Assembly (NCBI GenBank): GCA_048887225.1
Contig: JBHLJY010000013.1
Coordinates: forward strand, 1 to 64,000
Source: Candidatus Hodarchaeota archaeon
GTDB lineage: Archaea; Asgardarchaeota; Lokiarchaeia; Sigyniarchaeales; SOKP01
Direction of reading: 5' to 3'
Length of the DNA stretch: 64,000 bases
Numbering within the stretch: the first letter of the stretch is position 1; each line of letters opens with the position of its first letter. Under the pieces are notes generated by a model that was not told the origin of the DNA, did no database searches, and worked only from the letters and a program-made list of their open reading frames with translations. The translations under genes were made by a program, and so were the position numbers. This document shows, piece by piece, positions 10,617 through 20,526 of the stretch.

Positions 10617-11561
10617 GTGCCATTTTGCGAACATTGCGGTGAGGAGATTGGCTATTTGCCTTTTAAATGCAAATATTGTGGTGGAACATTTTGTAAGAGA
10701 CATCGTTTGCCTGAAAATCACGATTGCACTTTTGAACTAAAAGGCGCACCACTCATACCCGATACTACGAGGGAGTCACGTCCACTTTATCAAGATACGA
10801 TTAAATTAAAATCAGTTACTCGAGATTACGACAGTAGATGGGAAAAAGAAAAGAAAAAATACTTAAAGCGTCAAGAACGACAGAGAAAACAAGCAATGAG
10901 AACTTTTGAGATGGGTTTAACTGGAACGGGACAAAGCAAAGGTACGAATTTTTTAATCATTATGATTGTGATTTTTTCTATTACCGCAACAATTTTTGCA
11001 ATTTTTGGCATGCCAGAATATATAGCTTTTAGTCTATCTGGACTTGTACAATTATATTTATGGATAATAATTACATCTATATTTATCAGCTATTCACAAG
11101 ATTTCTTCGGATTATTTTTCTTACTAATCTTAATCTTTTTTCTTTATAACATTTCTAGGAATATTGAGATAAGATTTGGTACAAAATTTCTAATTAAACT
11201 ATTTTTATTCTGTGCTTTTTTTACAGCTATATTTTATCTTTTAATTAGGATAGCATTATCATCCTACTATCCAATTAATTTAGTTATTATTCCTGTAGGT
11301 TTAGCTACTGGAGCTATACTAGGATTAATTTCCTTTATAGTTTATTTCAATCCGGATAGCGAAATGATGTTGTTTTGTTTTTTTATTCCAGTAAAAATGA
11401 AAGGAAGAACATTGTTAATTGTTCTAATTCTCTTTAGAGTAATTCCAGGATTGCTTTTTGGATTATTTGCAGGACCAATATATTTTGCTTTTTATTTTCC
11501 TGATTTAGGGGGTATTTTTGCATCCTATCTTGTTTTTTATTTTAAATATAGATCTCGTTGA
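10617..11561 (+). CDS. AN1 zinc finger fused to a rhomboid-superfamily membrane domain, probably catalytically inactive
   Basis: [28 protein letters not shown]; about 6 TM segments; IEIRFG and FFIPVK motifs; GLATGA in place of GxSG and PDLGG in place of AHLGG. Confidence 0.75.
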   Translation: MPFCEHCGEEIGYLPFKCKYCGGTFCKRHRLPENHDCTFELKGAPLIPDTTRESRPLYQDTIKLKSVTRDYDSRWEKEKKKYLKRQERQRKQAMRTFEMGLTGTGQSKGTNFLIIMIVIFSITATIFAIFGMPEYIAFSLSGLVQLYLWIIITSIFISYSQDFFGLFFLLILIFFLYNISRNIEIRFGTKFLIKLFLFCAFFTAIFYLLIRIALSSYYPINLVIIPVGLATGAILGLISFIVYFNPDSEMMLFCFFIPVKMKGRTLLIVLILFRVIPGLLFGLFAGPIYFAFYFPDLGGIFASYLVFYFKYRSR

Positions 11562-11565
11562 AATA

Positions 11566-12231
11566 ATGCCAGAAAAAGAAGAAATTTCTAAAATAATTGA
11601 GCTTAATGAAGATTTAATAGAAAATAACGAGAGATTAGCTAAAGAAAATAATCAAATTTTAAAAAAATATAATATTAAATCTTTTGATGTGGTAGGAGCA
11701 ATAGGAGCAGGAAAAACGGCCATTTTAGAAAGATTATCTGAAAAATTGTCAGAGGATTATAAAATTTTAGTTTTAAATGGAGATGTTGCGACAAGAATAG
11801 ACGCGGATAGGATTGAGCAACATGGAGTAAAGACAATTCAAATTAATACAGGTCGAGAATGCGCTCTAAATTCTTATCACATCTCTCAAATTTTTAATAA
11901 TATTGATCTAAGTGAATATAGTAATGGCATTCTTTTTATCGAGAATGTTGGCAATTTAATATGCCCTTCTGATTTTATTTTGGGTGCGGAAAAAAGAATA
12001 GTTGTGGTCTCAATTACCGAAGGTGAGCATGTAATTGAGAAACATCCTATGCTTTTTAAAATGTCTGATATTGCCATTATTAACAAAATCGATCTTTCAG
12101 ATGTGGTAGAAATAAATATAGATAAAATGAAATTTGACGCTAAAGAAATAAATCCGAACCTCAAAATATTTACAACTAGTGCTAAAACTGGTGAAAATAT
12201 TCGAGAACTTATTAAAGCTCTGGAAATTTAA
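11566..12231 (+). CDS. hypB: Hydrogenase nickel-incorporation GTPase HypB
   Basis: GAIGAGKT, GD, ENVGNLICP, EG...KHP, NKID and SAKTG motifs. ATG at 11566 is preferred because it avoids overlap with the upstream gene. Confidence 0.88.
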   Translation: MPEKEEISKIIELNEDLIENNERLAKENNQILKKYNIKSFDVVGAIGAGKTAILERLSEKLSEDYKILVLNGDVATRIDADRIEQHGVKTIQINTGRECALNSYHISQIFNNIDLSEYSNGILFIENVGNLICPSDFILGAEKRIVVVSITEGEHVIEKHPMLFKMSDIAIINKIDLSDVVEINIDKMKFDAKEINPNLKIFTTSAKTGENIRELIKALEI

Positions 12232-12314
12232 ATTTTACAGACTAATAATAAATTAAGAATAAAAAGCAAAGAAAATAATAATATTATAATCAACAAATAA
12301 AATGCAGAAATAAT

Positions 12315-12728
12315 ATGTCGATAAGACAATATAATACCGAATTACAATCTCTAATTGATAAAATAGTAAAAGTATATTGCGAGGATGAAAAATTCTTTGT
12401 TGGTCAATTAAAAGGAGTGTCAGAGGATTCAAACCTTATCCTGATAAATGTTAAAAACGAAAAGAACAAGGAATATCCAAAAATACTCTTAAAAAGCTCT
12501 TTTTATAATTATGTAAGTGTAGAAGAAGAACCTTTTCCAATGGAAGCGTTGGCTGAAAGGATTTCAAAAATATTTTCTAAAGGCCACGTGAACTATATTC
12601 CAGAACAAAATGTTATTTCTATTTTAAACGGAAAAATTATAGTGGACGAAAATGGAGTTAGGGGTTCTGGACCGTCTGCGGATAGGGTAAAGAAAATATT
12701 CGACCAATTTAAAATGGACCTCGAATGA
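12315..12728 (+). CDS. Sm-like protein with C-terminal domain (SmAP3-type)
   Basis: Sm1/Sm2-like N-terminal half (LIDKIVKV...FVGQLKGV...NLILINV) plus a C-terminal domain (VISILNGKIIVDENGVRGSGPSADRVKKIF). Confidence 0.78.
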   Translation: MSIRQYNTELQSLIDKIVKVYCEDEKFFVGQLKGVSEDSNLILINVKNEKNKEYPKILLKSSFYNYVSVEEEPFPMEALAERISKIFSKGHVNYIPEQNVISILNGKIIVDENGVRGSGPSADRVKKIFDQFKMDLE

Positions 12729-12752
12729 TTTTTTTAATTTTTTAATTTTTAC

Positions 12753-13262
12753 TTATAATTTTAAATCCTTGAAAACTTCAATTAAATTTTTTAATTGTAC
12801 ATCATGGATAATATTTTTAAATATAGCTTTCCCTATTGGAGTAACTTTTACAATTTCAAAATCATCTACACTAAATTTTCTTAAATAATCTTTTTCAATT
12901 AAGAACTCAACGTCAGACGTCCAAACTTCAGAGAAGATATCTTTTAAATCGTGAAGTTTGATATTTTCGTCAGCTTCTTTGCTAAGAGTCAAGATTAAAG
13001 CAAGCGTTCCATATTGACTTGGAGTAATATTATCGTCCTTTCCTTCAGAGGTTAAAACATAGTATTTTTGGTCTAAAAATTTAGTCTTTATAAGTTCAAG
13101 GCCCACATTTTTTAAATTAAGGTATATATCGTTAATAATTTGTTCAAAATTGGAACCCTCACATAAATTCTTGAGGTCCTCTTCCCTAACCATTTTTTGC
13201 TGACTTGTTAATATAAGTTTAGTTAGTTCTCTGATAATCTGATTAAAATTTTCTTTTTCCAT
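12753..13262 (-). CDS. Tandem winged-helix protein, KITE-like (Nse1/Nse3-MAGE/MksE resemblance)
   Basis: FEQIINDIYLNLKNVGLEL...YYVL...YGTLALILTL resembles MAGE/Nse1 winged helices; second wHTH at DVEFLIEKDYL...VKVTPIGK. Confidence 0.45.
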   Translation of the reverse strand: MEKENFNQIIRELTKLILTSQQKMVREEDLKNLCEGSNFEQIINDIYLNLKNVGLELIKTKFLDQKYYVLTSEGKDDNITPSQYGTLALILTLSKEADENIKLHDLKDIFSEVWTSDVEFLIEKDYLRKFSVDDFEIVKVTPIGKAIFKNIIHDVQLKNLIEVFKDLKL

Positions 13263-13269
13263 AATTTAT

Positions 13270-14874
13270 TCAACTAGATTCAATTTTTATAACTTTTACA
13301 TTTTCAATTGGTTTTTTCATTTCTAAATTAGATATTATAAAAATTAAATTAAATTTCTTTAGATTGTTTTCTTTTTCTAAAACAGGCAGTATCCTTCGAA
13401 TTGTCCTATAAACAGAACCTCTTTTATTGTAAATCTTAGGTATAAATAAATTTGAAAAAATTATATTTTTAGAACCTAAATGAATTTGAATTGAGATATA
13501 AAAAGTGATTACAAAAAATATTTTTTCAGGTGTAGTTAACTTATTAAACCTTAAATTTTCTTTATTGGATCGAATAAATTCTAAATTAATGGAGAAATTT
13601 TTATAGTTTTTAATGATTTTTATTTGAAGATTTGTGTTTAAATTTATTTCAATTAAAAATTTATTCAATAAATTTTCCAGATTATTTGATATAATTTCAA
13701 TTCTTCTAAAATTTTCTATGGAATCCTTTATCTCATCATTGTTAAAGGAAATTGAAACATTTTTTTGATTATTTTTTAATATTTTATCTATTTCTATTAA
13801 TTTGTTTTTAATTTTTATTAATTTTTTAGGATTATTATTGTCTAAAAGACTATTAGCCTTCGAAATCATATTTAAATCATAGTCGATTTTTTGAATTTCG
13901 CTTTCAATTTCCTGTGGAAGTTTTAAAAATTCTAACTCATTAAAATCAATTTTTTCCATAAACTCCTCCCGATTATACGAAACTTCTTCCTCTAATTCTT
14001 TTCGTACGTTTTTTAAGCGTTCATTGTCATTTTTTATTACTTTAAGAAGCATATTATAATCCTTCTCTAAGATCTCATATTTAGGATTTATTTCATTAAA
14101 TTTTAATTGTGATTTGTTTAGTTTTGATTTGGTATGATTTATTTGATATTGTAGATCTTTAGCTTGTTTTTGTAGAGCTTTAATTTTTTCGGATTGGGAT
14201 AAGTTGTTTTTATCGTTCAATGTGAGATCTAAATTATTTTTTTGAGTATTTTCACTCAATTCTCTTGTAATTCTATTAATTTGGTTAAAGCATTCTTTTT
14301 TCTTTTTATTTAGTTCTTGAATTTTTAAATTAAAATTTTTTATAGTATCTTCTATTTGATCCCTCTGATTTTTAAGGAATAAGAAATCCTCTTCTCGATA
14401 TTTTAATTTTTTCTTATTTTCTTTTATAGCTTCACTTAATTTATTTAAAAAATCAGTTTTAGCAGCTATATCTCTCGATTTTGTTTTTATTTTTGATAAC
14501 TCTAATTCTTTTAATAATTGGTTTTTTCTTTTTACAAGTAAATTATAATTTAGTATGTAGATTAATGATTGAACGATATCAATATATTGAACGATAAGTT
14601 CTGAGTTAAGATTTGCAATTTTTCGATATTCTCTAAAAAATTGAAGCAATTTTAAAGATTTGTTCAAATCTCGATATTCATTTGCTTGATTTTCGAAAGT
14701 TTTAATTAAATTTTCAATAGGAATAGCATTAAAATCCTTTAAAATTTCAATAATATTATTTTTTTTAAGTGTTTTTAAGAGATCTTTGTTGAATTTCCCT
14801 AATATTAATGTAAATCTATCTTTTATAGGTATCTCGTGATCTCCTATGGAAATCTTAAATAAATTTGATGATAT
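13270..14874 (-). CDS. Long coiled-coil protein with degenerate SMC/Rad50-like head motifs
   Basis: ORF track gives 13270..14667, but the frame stays open to an ATA at 14874. N-terminal EIPIKDRFTLILG resembles an SMC head start; C-terminal LTTPEK occupies the LSGGEK position; a long heptad region lies between. Confidence 0.5.
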   Translation of the reverse strand: MSSNLFKISIGDHEIPIKDRFTLILGKFNKDLLKTLKKNNIIEILKDFNAIPIENLIKTFENQANEYRDLNKSLKLLQFFREYRKIANLNSELIVQYIDIVQSLIYILNYNLLVKRKNQLLKELELSKIKTKSRDIAAKTDFLNKLSEAIKENKKKLKYREEDFLFLKNQRDQIEDTIKNFNLKIQELNKKKKECFNQINRITRELSENTQKNNLDLTLNDKNNLSQSEKIKALQKQAKDLQYQINHTKSKLNKSQLKFNEINPKYEILEKDYNMLLKVIKNDNERLKNVRKELEEEVSYNREEFMEKIDFNELEFLKLPQEIESEIQKIDYDLNMISKANSLLDNNNPKKLIKIKNKLIEIDKILKNNQKNVSISFNNDEIKDSIENFRRIEIISNNLENLLNKFLIEINLNTNLQIKIIKNYKNFSINLEFIRSNKENLRFNKLTTPEKIFFVITFYISIQIHLGSKNIIFSNLFIPKIYNKRGSVYRTIRRILPVLEKENNLKKFNLIFIISNLEMKKPIENVKVIKIESS

Positions 14875-14887
14875 TTGAAATCACATC

Positions 14888-15934
14888 TTAATTCTCTTTA
14901 TTTTTAAATTTTTTAATATAGTCCTTATATTCTCTATCTCTCTTTTTTTTTCTTTCTCTTATTAATTCTAAAGGATCCATTTCATCGTCTTTTTTAATTA
15001 AAAACTTCTCATCAAAACTATTTTCAAATTTTGATTTAAATTTTTCAATTTTTTCGGAAACTTCTTCTGTCATTTCTATTTTTTTTACTTTTTCTGGTTT
15101 TGCAACGAGATCCGCCAATTTCTCCCTTTTTTTTTTTCGCATTTTTCTTTCAAATTCTTTATCGGACAATTTAAAATAATCTTCAAAAGATTGAAGTTGC
15201 TGTTCTTGCTTTTCTTTTAATAAATCATTTTCTTTGGTTTTATTAACAATTCTTTTTTTCACATCTAATTCTTTTTGGGTTAATTTGCTTTCAATTTCTT
15301 GTAGAAATTCTTCAAAAGTTATGGGATTGCTCAGAAATTTTTTCTTGTAATCTTTTATTAAATTAGGATCAATATTTTCTGGAATTTTGCTTAATTCGTA
15401 TATAAACCTTTTATTAAGTATTTTACTATAAAAATTTTCTACTTTTTTTAGAGTTGATAAAAATAGAGAATTCTGTTTTAGAGAATCTAATAGATCTAAC
15501 CATTGTGTAAGCGTTAATGAAAATAAAAATGAAGATTGATCAATAACCTTACTAATTTTTTTCTTTTCAATTAAATTTAGACCAATTTTTTTAGTTTTAT
15601 TATGTTCTAATTTAATTTTTTTTAATTCATCTATAAAAGTATCTTTATATTTTTTTATCAATTCATCTTGAAAAACAAGGAATTTACTTACATTTCTTTT
15701 CGAAACATGAATTAAAATATCTTTAATACCTTTCAAAATTTTATTTAATTCTTGAATTTGACTAATGTAATTTATATCACTAAAATTTTTAATGGCATTA
15801 TTTTTGTTTTCAATAAATTCTTTATAAATATTCTCTAATTTATTCACGTTTCCTTGTAAAATTTCGATTGGAGTTGTAATTTCCTTTATTTTTTCAAGAT
15901 TATATAATTGATTTTCCATAGTAGGTAACTTCAA
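14888..15934 (-). CDS. Hypothetical Lys/Glu-rich helical/coiled-coil protein
   Basis: 348-aa ORF within a tightly spaced co-directional cluster. Confidence 0.7.
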   Translation of the reverse strand: MKLPTMENQLYNLEKIKEITTPIEILQGNVNKLENIYKEFIENKNNAIKNFSDINYISQIQELNKILKGIKDILIHVSKRNVSKFLVFQDELIKKYKDTFIDELKKIKLEHNKTKKIGLNLIEKKKISKVIDQSSFLFSLTLTQWLDLLDSLKQNSLFLSTLKKVENFYSKILNKRFIYELSKIPENIDPNLIKDYKKKFLSNPITFEEFLQEIESKLTQKELDVKKRIVNKTKENDLLKEKQEQQLQSFEDYFKLSDKEFERKMRKKKREKLADLVAKPEKVKKIEMTEEVSEKIEKFKSKFENSFDEKFLIKKDDEMDPLELIRERKKKRDREYKDYIKKFKNKEN

Positions 15935-15965
15935 TAGACTTTAAAAAAAAATGAAATTTTAAATT

Positions 15966-17081
15966 TTATATTTCTGGGGGTCCAGACGTCATTGGTCCTT
16001 GTCCTCTGTTTCTATCCAAATATTGTCTTGTTCTACTCAAGATATCTTGCCTTTCAACATGGGTCGCAGTTCCTCCTACTAGTTTTAGGGACTGAGAGAA
16101 TATATCATATGTTAAAAGTTCTGTATGCATTATTTTAAATAAAGCAACTTCCGTACCTCTTTCTATATCTGAGCCTGTATAGCCATGTGTCATTTTCAAT
16201 AATCCTTTAATTTTATCATTTTGTTCTATCTCCTTCCAAAATAGATCTCCGTTAAACTCTGCTATTTTACGTCCCAATTTTTTTTCTAAATCATTTGCAA
16301 TGGATTCTATTTTTTTAAATTCATCATCTAATTTGAGTTGTATAGATTGATCAACTCCTATTTTAGTTTTTTTCACTTTTTTAATGAATGATTCGATGAT
16401 TAATTTTCTTAAACGATAATCTGGGAATTCAAAGGATAAATGGAACGTAAAACGACGCCAAATCGCAGAGTCTAATAGATGTTGATGATTAGTAGCGCCA
16501 ATTATCGCCAGTGGATATCCTTCATAATTTATTCTATCTATAACTTGTAAAAATGATATCACTGCTCTTTTTATTTCACCTACTTCATGAATATTAGATC
16601 TTTCAGAACCAACAGCATCCAATTCGTCAAAAAATAAAACAAAAGCTCCTCTTTCACTTGCGATATCAGCAGCTAACTCAACAACTCTCGTAATACTTTT
16701 AATAGTATCTCCTAGTAATGGAGATATAAGTCGATTTGATTCCACTACACAGACGGGAATTTTATATTTCTTAGCAAAGGCTCTAGTAAGAGTAGTTTTC
16801 CCGGTACCAGGAGGTCCATACAATAAGATAGTTAAATTGGGGACTAAATTTGCTTCTTTTAATTCATCTTTAATTTCTTCATATTTTTTTAAACCTTTAA
16901 AAAAATCATCTAATAACTCTTTTTGTACATTGTTTCCGATAATATCTTCTATAGAATCTTTCACGTCTGAAGGAAAATATACCGCTCCAAATCTTCCAAG
17001 AAGATCTTTGATATTATTATCTGTATATTTGAGGCGTTCTTCAGCCTCTTCCTCATTAGTTATATTATTTGAATTATTCAT
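15966..17081 (-). CDS. Single-domain AAA+ ATPase
   Basis: Walker A GPPGTGKT, Walker B LFFDELD, SRH GATN...LDSAIWRRF and GYTGSDI. Confidence 0.9.
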   Translation of the reverse strand: MNNSNNITNEEEAEERLKYTDNNIKDLLGRFGAVYFPSDVKDSIEDIIGNNVQKELLDDFFKGLKKYEEIKDELKEANLVPNLTILLYGPPGTGKTTLTRAFAKKYKIPVCVVESNRLISPLLGDTIKSITRVVELAADIASERGAFVLFFDELDAVGSERSNIHEVGEIKRAVISFLQVIDRINYEGYPLAIIGATNHQHLLDSAIWRRFTFHLSFEFPDYRLRKLIIESFIKKVKKTKIGVDQSIQLKLDDEFKKIESIANDLEKKLGRKIAEFNGDLFWKEIEQNDKIKGLLKMTHGYTGSDIERGTEVALFKIMHTELLTYDIFSQSLKLVGGTATHVERQDILSRTRQYLDRNRGQGPMTSGPPEI

Positions 17082-17104
17082 TTTTCATCACATTATATTC
17101 TTTA

Positions 17105-18370
17105 TTATTTATTTTTTCTTTCTTTTTCAATTTTTTTACAATAAATTGCGAGTTCATTAATAAGATCTTTAAGATTATCAATCTGAGAACCAATAAAATT
17201 AAAAATTTCCTTCCTATATTGAGGTGAATCTCTAATTTTCATTTTATCTAGTCCTAGATAATTTGGGAAGCAAGTAAGCTTCATTAAATAAGGCAAAACC
17301 TTTTCATTTGTTTGTAAGTCTTTAAAAATCGAGTAAAATATGTTTTCATCTGACAACTTCCATTTCAAGATCCCCATATATATTAAAAATGCAAAATTCA
17401 TAGAGATCCAATTAATTAAGTCTTTTGATAAAAAACCACGCCTCATTGATGCAAAAGCTAAATAATATAATATTAAAGTTTCGTTACTAAATTGCGAGAT
17501 TAACCTAATTGTTCCATCTGATTGTTTACTCTCACGCAAGAAATTATTTTTGAGAAAGATCTCTACAACATCTTGTTGGGGGGCTAAAAAAATTCCATCC
17601 AAAATACGGAGTCCTATTCTTTCAGCAATGCTTTCAATAGCTTCATCTTCTGCGTTTGCAATTGAATCTATGTAAGGTGAAAAAACATCATTTTTTAAGA
17701 TGATAGGAATTTCATAATTTTCTTTTTCTGGGAACTTTCCAAAATTGGGATCCAGATTAAATAAAGAAATAATATTATTGACAATTTGATAGACTTTTGG
17801 AGACAATCCAGGAATTATAAAAAAATCAGGATTTTCTAATTTTTCTCGATAATAAGTATGGGGCATTAGTAAATGTCTCTGACATTCGTAAAAATTCACA
17901 GAATTTTCCAATAGTTTTTCGTAAATAATTTGAATGTTGCTTCCTCTTGAAAAAATAATATCTTCTATAAATTTAACTAACCGGAATAAATATGTTTGTT
18001 CCAAATTTCTTTCATCAGGATTAGTTATATTTTGCAAAACTGTTAACGCATCAATTGATTCATATAGGAATTCTACAATATAATCTTTGATGTCAATGAC
18101 AGGGATTTTCTCTCTATATTTTACAATAAAATCTTTGATAATTTCGTAAACATTGGTTCTGTACATTGCTGAAAATTCCGATAGTGCCCTAACTTTCCTA
18201 ATATTTCTCTTTTCTTCTTCTTGACGAATTTTATCGAGGATTTCTATATCTAATAAAAGGTCTGGATCTAAGCCTAAAATGATTCTTCTAGTTTCCCTTA
18301 GAATCGGTCTCATATGACTGATAAACGTCATATATCTAGGTAAAATGTCAGTCCATTTTTCCCTTACCAT
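17105..18370 (-). CDS. Hypothetical protein
   Basis: 421-aa ORF in the operon-like cluster; no motif recognised. Confidence 0.75.
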   Translation of the reverse strand: MVREKWTDILPRYMTFISHMRPILRETRRIILGLDPDLLLDIEILDKIRQEEEKRNIRKVRALSEFSAMYRTNVYEIIKDFIVKYREKIPVIDIKDYIVEFLYESIDALTVLQNITNPDERNLEQTYLFRLVKFIEDIIFSRGSNIQIIYEKLLENSVNFYECQRHLLMPHTYYREKLENPDFFIIPGLSPKVYQIVNNIISLFNLDPNFGKFPEKENYEIPIILKNDVFSPYIDSIANAEDEAIESIAERIGLRILDGIFLAPQQDVVEIFLKNNFLRESKQSDGTIRLISQFSNETLILYYLAFASMRRGFLSKDLINWISMNFAFLIYMGILKWKLSDENIFYSIFKDLQTNEKVLPYLMKLTCFPNYLGLDKMKIRDSPQYRKEIFNFIGSQIDNLKDLINELAIYCKKIEKERKNK

Positions 18371-18385
18371 TTAATCATCATCTTT

Positions 18386-19525
18386 TTATTCTGTATCGGC
18401 ACCAACAATAATTTCAGTAAATATATTAGCAATTTCAACGAATATTGGAATTTCAACACGGCATAAATTTCCCAATATCCATTTATTTACGTCTTTCAAT
18501 AAAAATCTTATTTGTGAATGAATTTTCTTATTAATTTCTGAATTAATTACTCTCGATAACCATAAACCCCCGCCTAGCCTATACGCGATAATTTTAATAA
18601 GAGGTTCAAAAAGTGGTTCTAAGACTTGTTTCATCATCCATGATTTAGGAATTACGCTCATATTTTGATTGTCAAAAGATGGATCTCTTAATATAGGATT
18701 AGTTTCATCAACAGACAATCGAGGCATGAAACTTAATATTAAAATTAAAGCAAAAATAGCGGATATTCCGTTAATTGTATAAGAACCTCCAATTTTTTCA
18801 AGATTATCCCGACTAACTGCTACATTTGATAAAAACATGCAAATAAAAATGTTTCTATCAAATGCTTCTGAGACATAAGCATATCCTAACTCTTCATCAA
18901 TTATTAAATACTTTTCTTCTAAAATTTTCAAAATTTTTGGAGGGAATGTGTAAAAAGTATAAACTTTTCTTTCACTTTTTAATCTATCTTTTTCAATAAA
19001 CAGTTCTTTTGATATCAAACCAAATAAATTTACTAATGCTTCTAATTGTTTTTGTACATAATGATGTGGTTTATTTGGATCACCAAACATGGCATAAAAT
19101 TGATGGTCCACGATATGAAAGTCGTTCCTTTTAGTGAAGGCCTCAACCATCCTGTCAATAATAGGGCCTTGTGTACCGAGAGCAATGGCTTTTGCTTTAG
19201 ATGTGACGAATCCATTTAATAATTCGTTTATAATAAAGTCTTGTTCATGAGTCCTTGATTTCAAGATTTTTTGAAAAGCGTCAGCAAAATCTTTTGTGTT
19301 AGGGAAAAATGCATTTCCTATTTTATCGTCTATAGTTTTGAGGAATATATCTCCATTGTTTTTAGGAAAGTGGGTTCTTATATTGTTTAATCTTTGTAAT
19401 AGAGCATCTCTCGCACCAGGAATATTTTCAACATCTCGCTTTTTAAGCTCTTCAATAGATTTTTCAACACCCTTAATGAAATCTTGCTGCAATTTTTTCC
19501 ATGTAGGATCTTGGAGTTCAGTCAT
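18386..19525 (-). CDS. Hypothetical protein
   Basis: 379-aa ORF in the operon-like cluster; no motif recognised. Confidence 0.75.
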   Translation of the reverse strand: MTELQDPTWKKLQQDFIKGVEKSIEELKKRDVENIPGARDALLQRLNNIRTHFPKNNGDIFLKTIDDKIGNAFFPNTKDFADAFQKILKSRTHEQDFIINELLNGFVTSKAKAIALGTQGPIIDRMVEAFTKRNDFHIVDHQFYAMFGDPNKPHHYVQKQLEALVNLFGLISKELFIEKDRLKSERKVYTFYTFPPKILKILEEKYLIIDEELGYAYVSEAFDRNIFICMFLSNVAVSRDNLEKIGGSYTINGISAIFALILILSFMPRLSVDETNPILRDPSFDNQNMSVIPKSWMMKQVLEPLFEPLIKIIAYRLGGGLWLSRVINSEINKKIHSQIRFLLKDVNKWILGNLCRVEIPIFVEIANIFTEIIVGADTE

Positions 19526-19552
19526 TTTAAAATATAAATATTGTTTTTATTT

Positions 19553-20524
19553 TCAATTAATATCCCATTTCAATTCGTTTGCTACATTTATTAGGGCATG
19601 AATTAACGGTTTTAATAATCTTTTATCGTAAAGATTTGGTGATGCAACTCCTTTTTGAGATTTCCAACCCATTTGAGTACCTTCTCCCATTTCTCTTTGG
19701 CCATATTTCAGAATGTTTTGTAAATCTCTCAACCACCAATAGAATCTAAGCCACTTCTTGTTTGGATTATCCTTAGAATAAATAACTACTAAGGCCTTCC
19801 ATTCTCCCATTAACCATTTCACAGTTATTCCTGATATAGGCATATAGTAATTTATAGGAAAGTCAACTTGAAAATTAAGATCTAAATCTGAAGGGGCTAT
19901 ATTAAATATAGGCTGGTTATAACCTTCAAGAATAACAATTTCTCCGCAATGCGGGCATTCATAATGGGATTTCATTTTATCCAGTTTTTTTTGACATTTA
20001 GGACATGTCCTATTTTCAATAATTCGATATTTTATAATCTCTCTTTTTTTTTCTTTTTCCTTTTGTTCTTCTGTTTTAGGAGCTTTATTTCTAAATTTCC
20101 CTTTAAAAGTCCAAAAATCATCGAAATTCTCGTCGATTTTCTTTAATGCTTTAATGATATTTTTAAGAACTTCATTATCATAAATTTTAAACATGCCTGA
20201 ATGTTGGTAAAAAGATTTTTTCCACCAAGATAATCTAACATATTTTTCACTTGTTAAATAAGGACTATGACAGATTAATACACCAAACCACCTATTTGGT
20301 GTTTTATTGATAGTAATTCCTTTTTCACATATTTCATATTGCTTATTAAGACTTATATTATTGTGAAAATATTCTCCATCTTGGAACCCGCCTTCCTCAA
20401 TCTTTCCTTTATCTTCTGACTCGGTCTCTTTATCTATTTCCTTTATTATTTTTTTACACTGCGGACACTGAAATATTCCCGCAACTAGCAGTTCCATCTT
20501 AATACTACAAGAAGGACATATCAA
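19553..20524 (-). CDS. Protein with two zinc ribbons and an internally duplicated Trp-rich domain
   Basis: CPSC..CPQC and CPKC..CPHC; two copies of GIT(I/V)...W...K(Y/W)(V/L)R(L/F)xWW...(I/L)YD...LK..I.AL. Confidence 0.75.
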   Translation of the reverse strand: MICPSCSIKMELLVAGIFQCPQCKKIIKEIDKETESEDKGKIEEGGFQDGEYFHNNISLNKQYEICEKGITINKTPNRWFGVLICHSPYLTSEKYVRLSWWKKSFYQHSGMFKIYDNEVLKNIIKALKKIDENFDDFWTFKGKFRNKAPKTEEQKEKEKKREIIKYRIIENRTCPKCQKKLDKMKSHYECPHCGEIVILEGYNQPIFNIAPSDLDLNFQVDFPINYYMPISGITVKWLMGEWKALVVIYSKDNPNKKWLRFYWWLRDLQNILKYGQREMGEGTQMGWKSQKGVASPNLYDKRLLKPLIHALINVANELKWDIN

Positions 20525-20526
20525 TA

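Noticed and set aside
15966-17081. AAA+ ATPase as Vps4/CdvC or Cdc48
   Set aside because: No N-terminal MIT domain, a single AAA module and no recognisable ESCRT-III neighbour; left as a generic AAA+.
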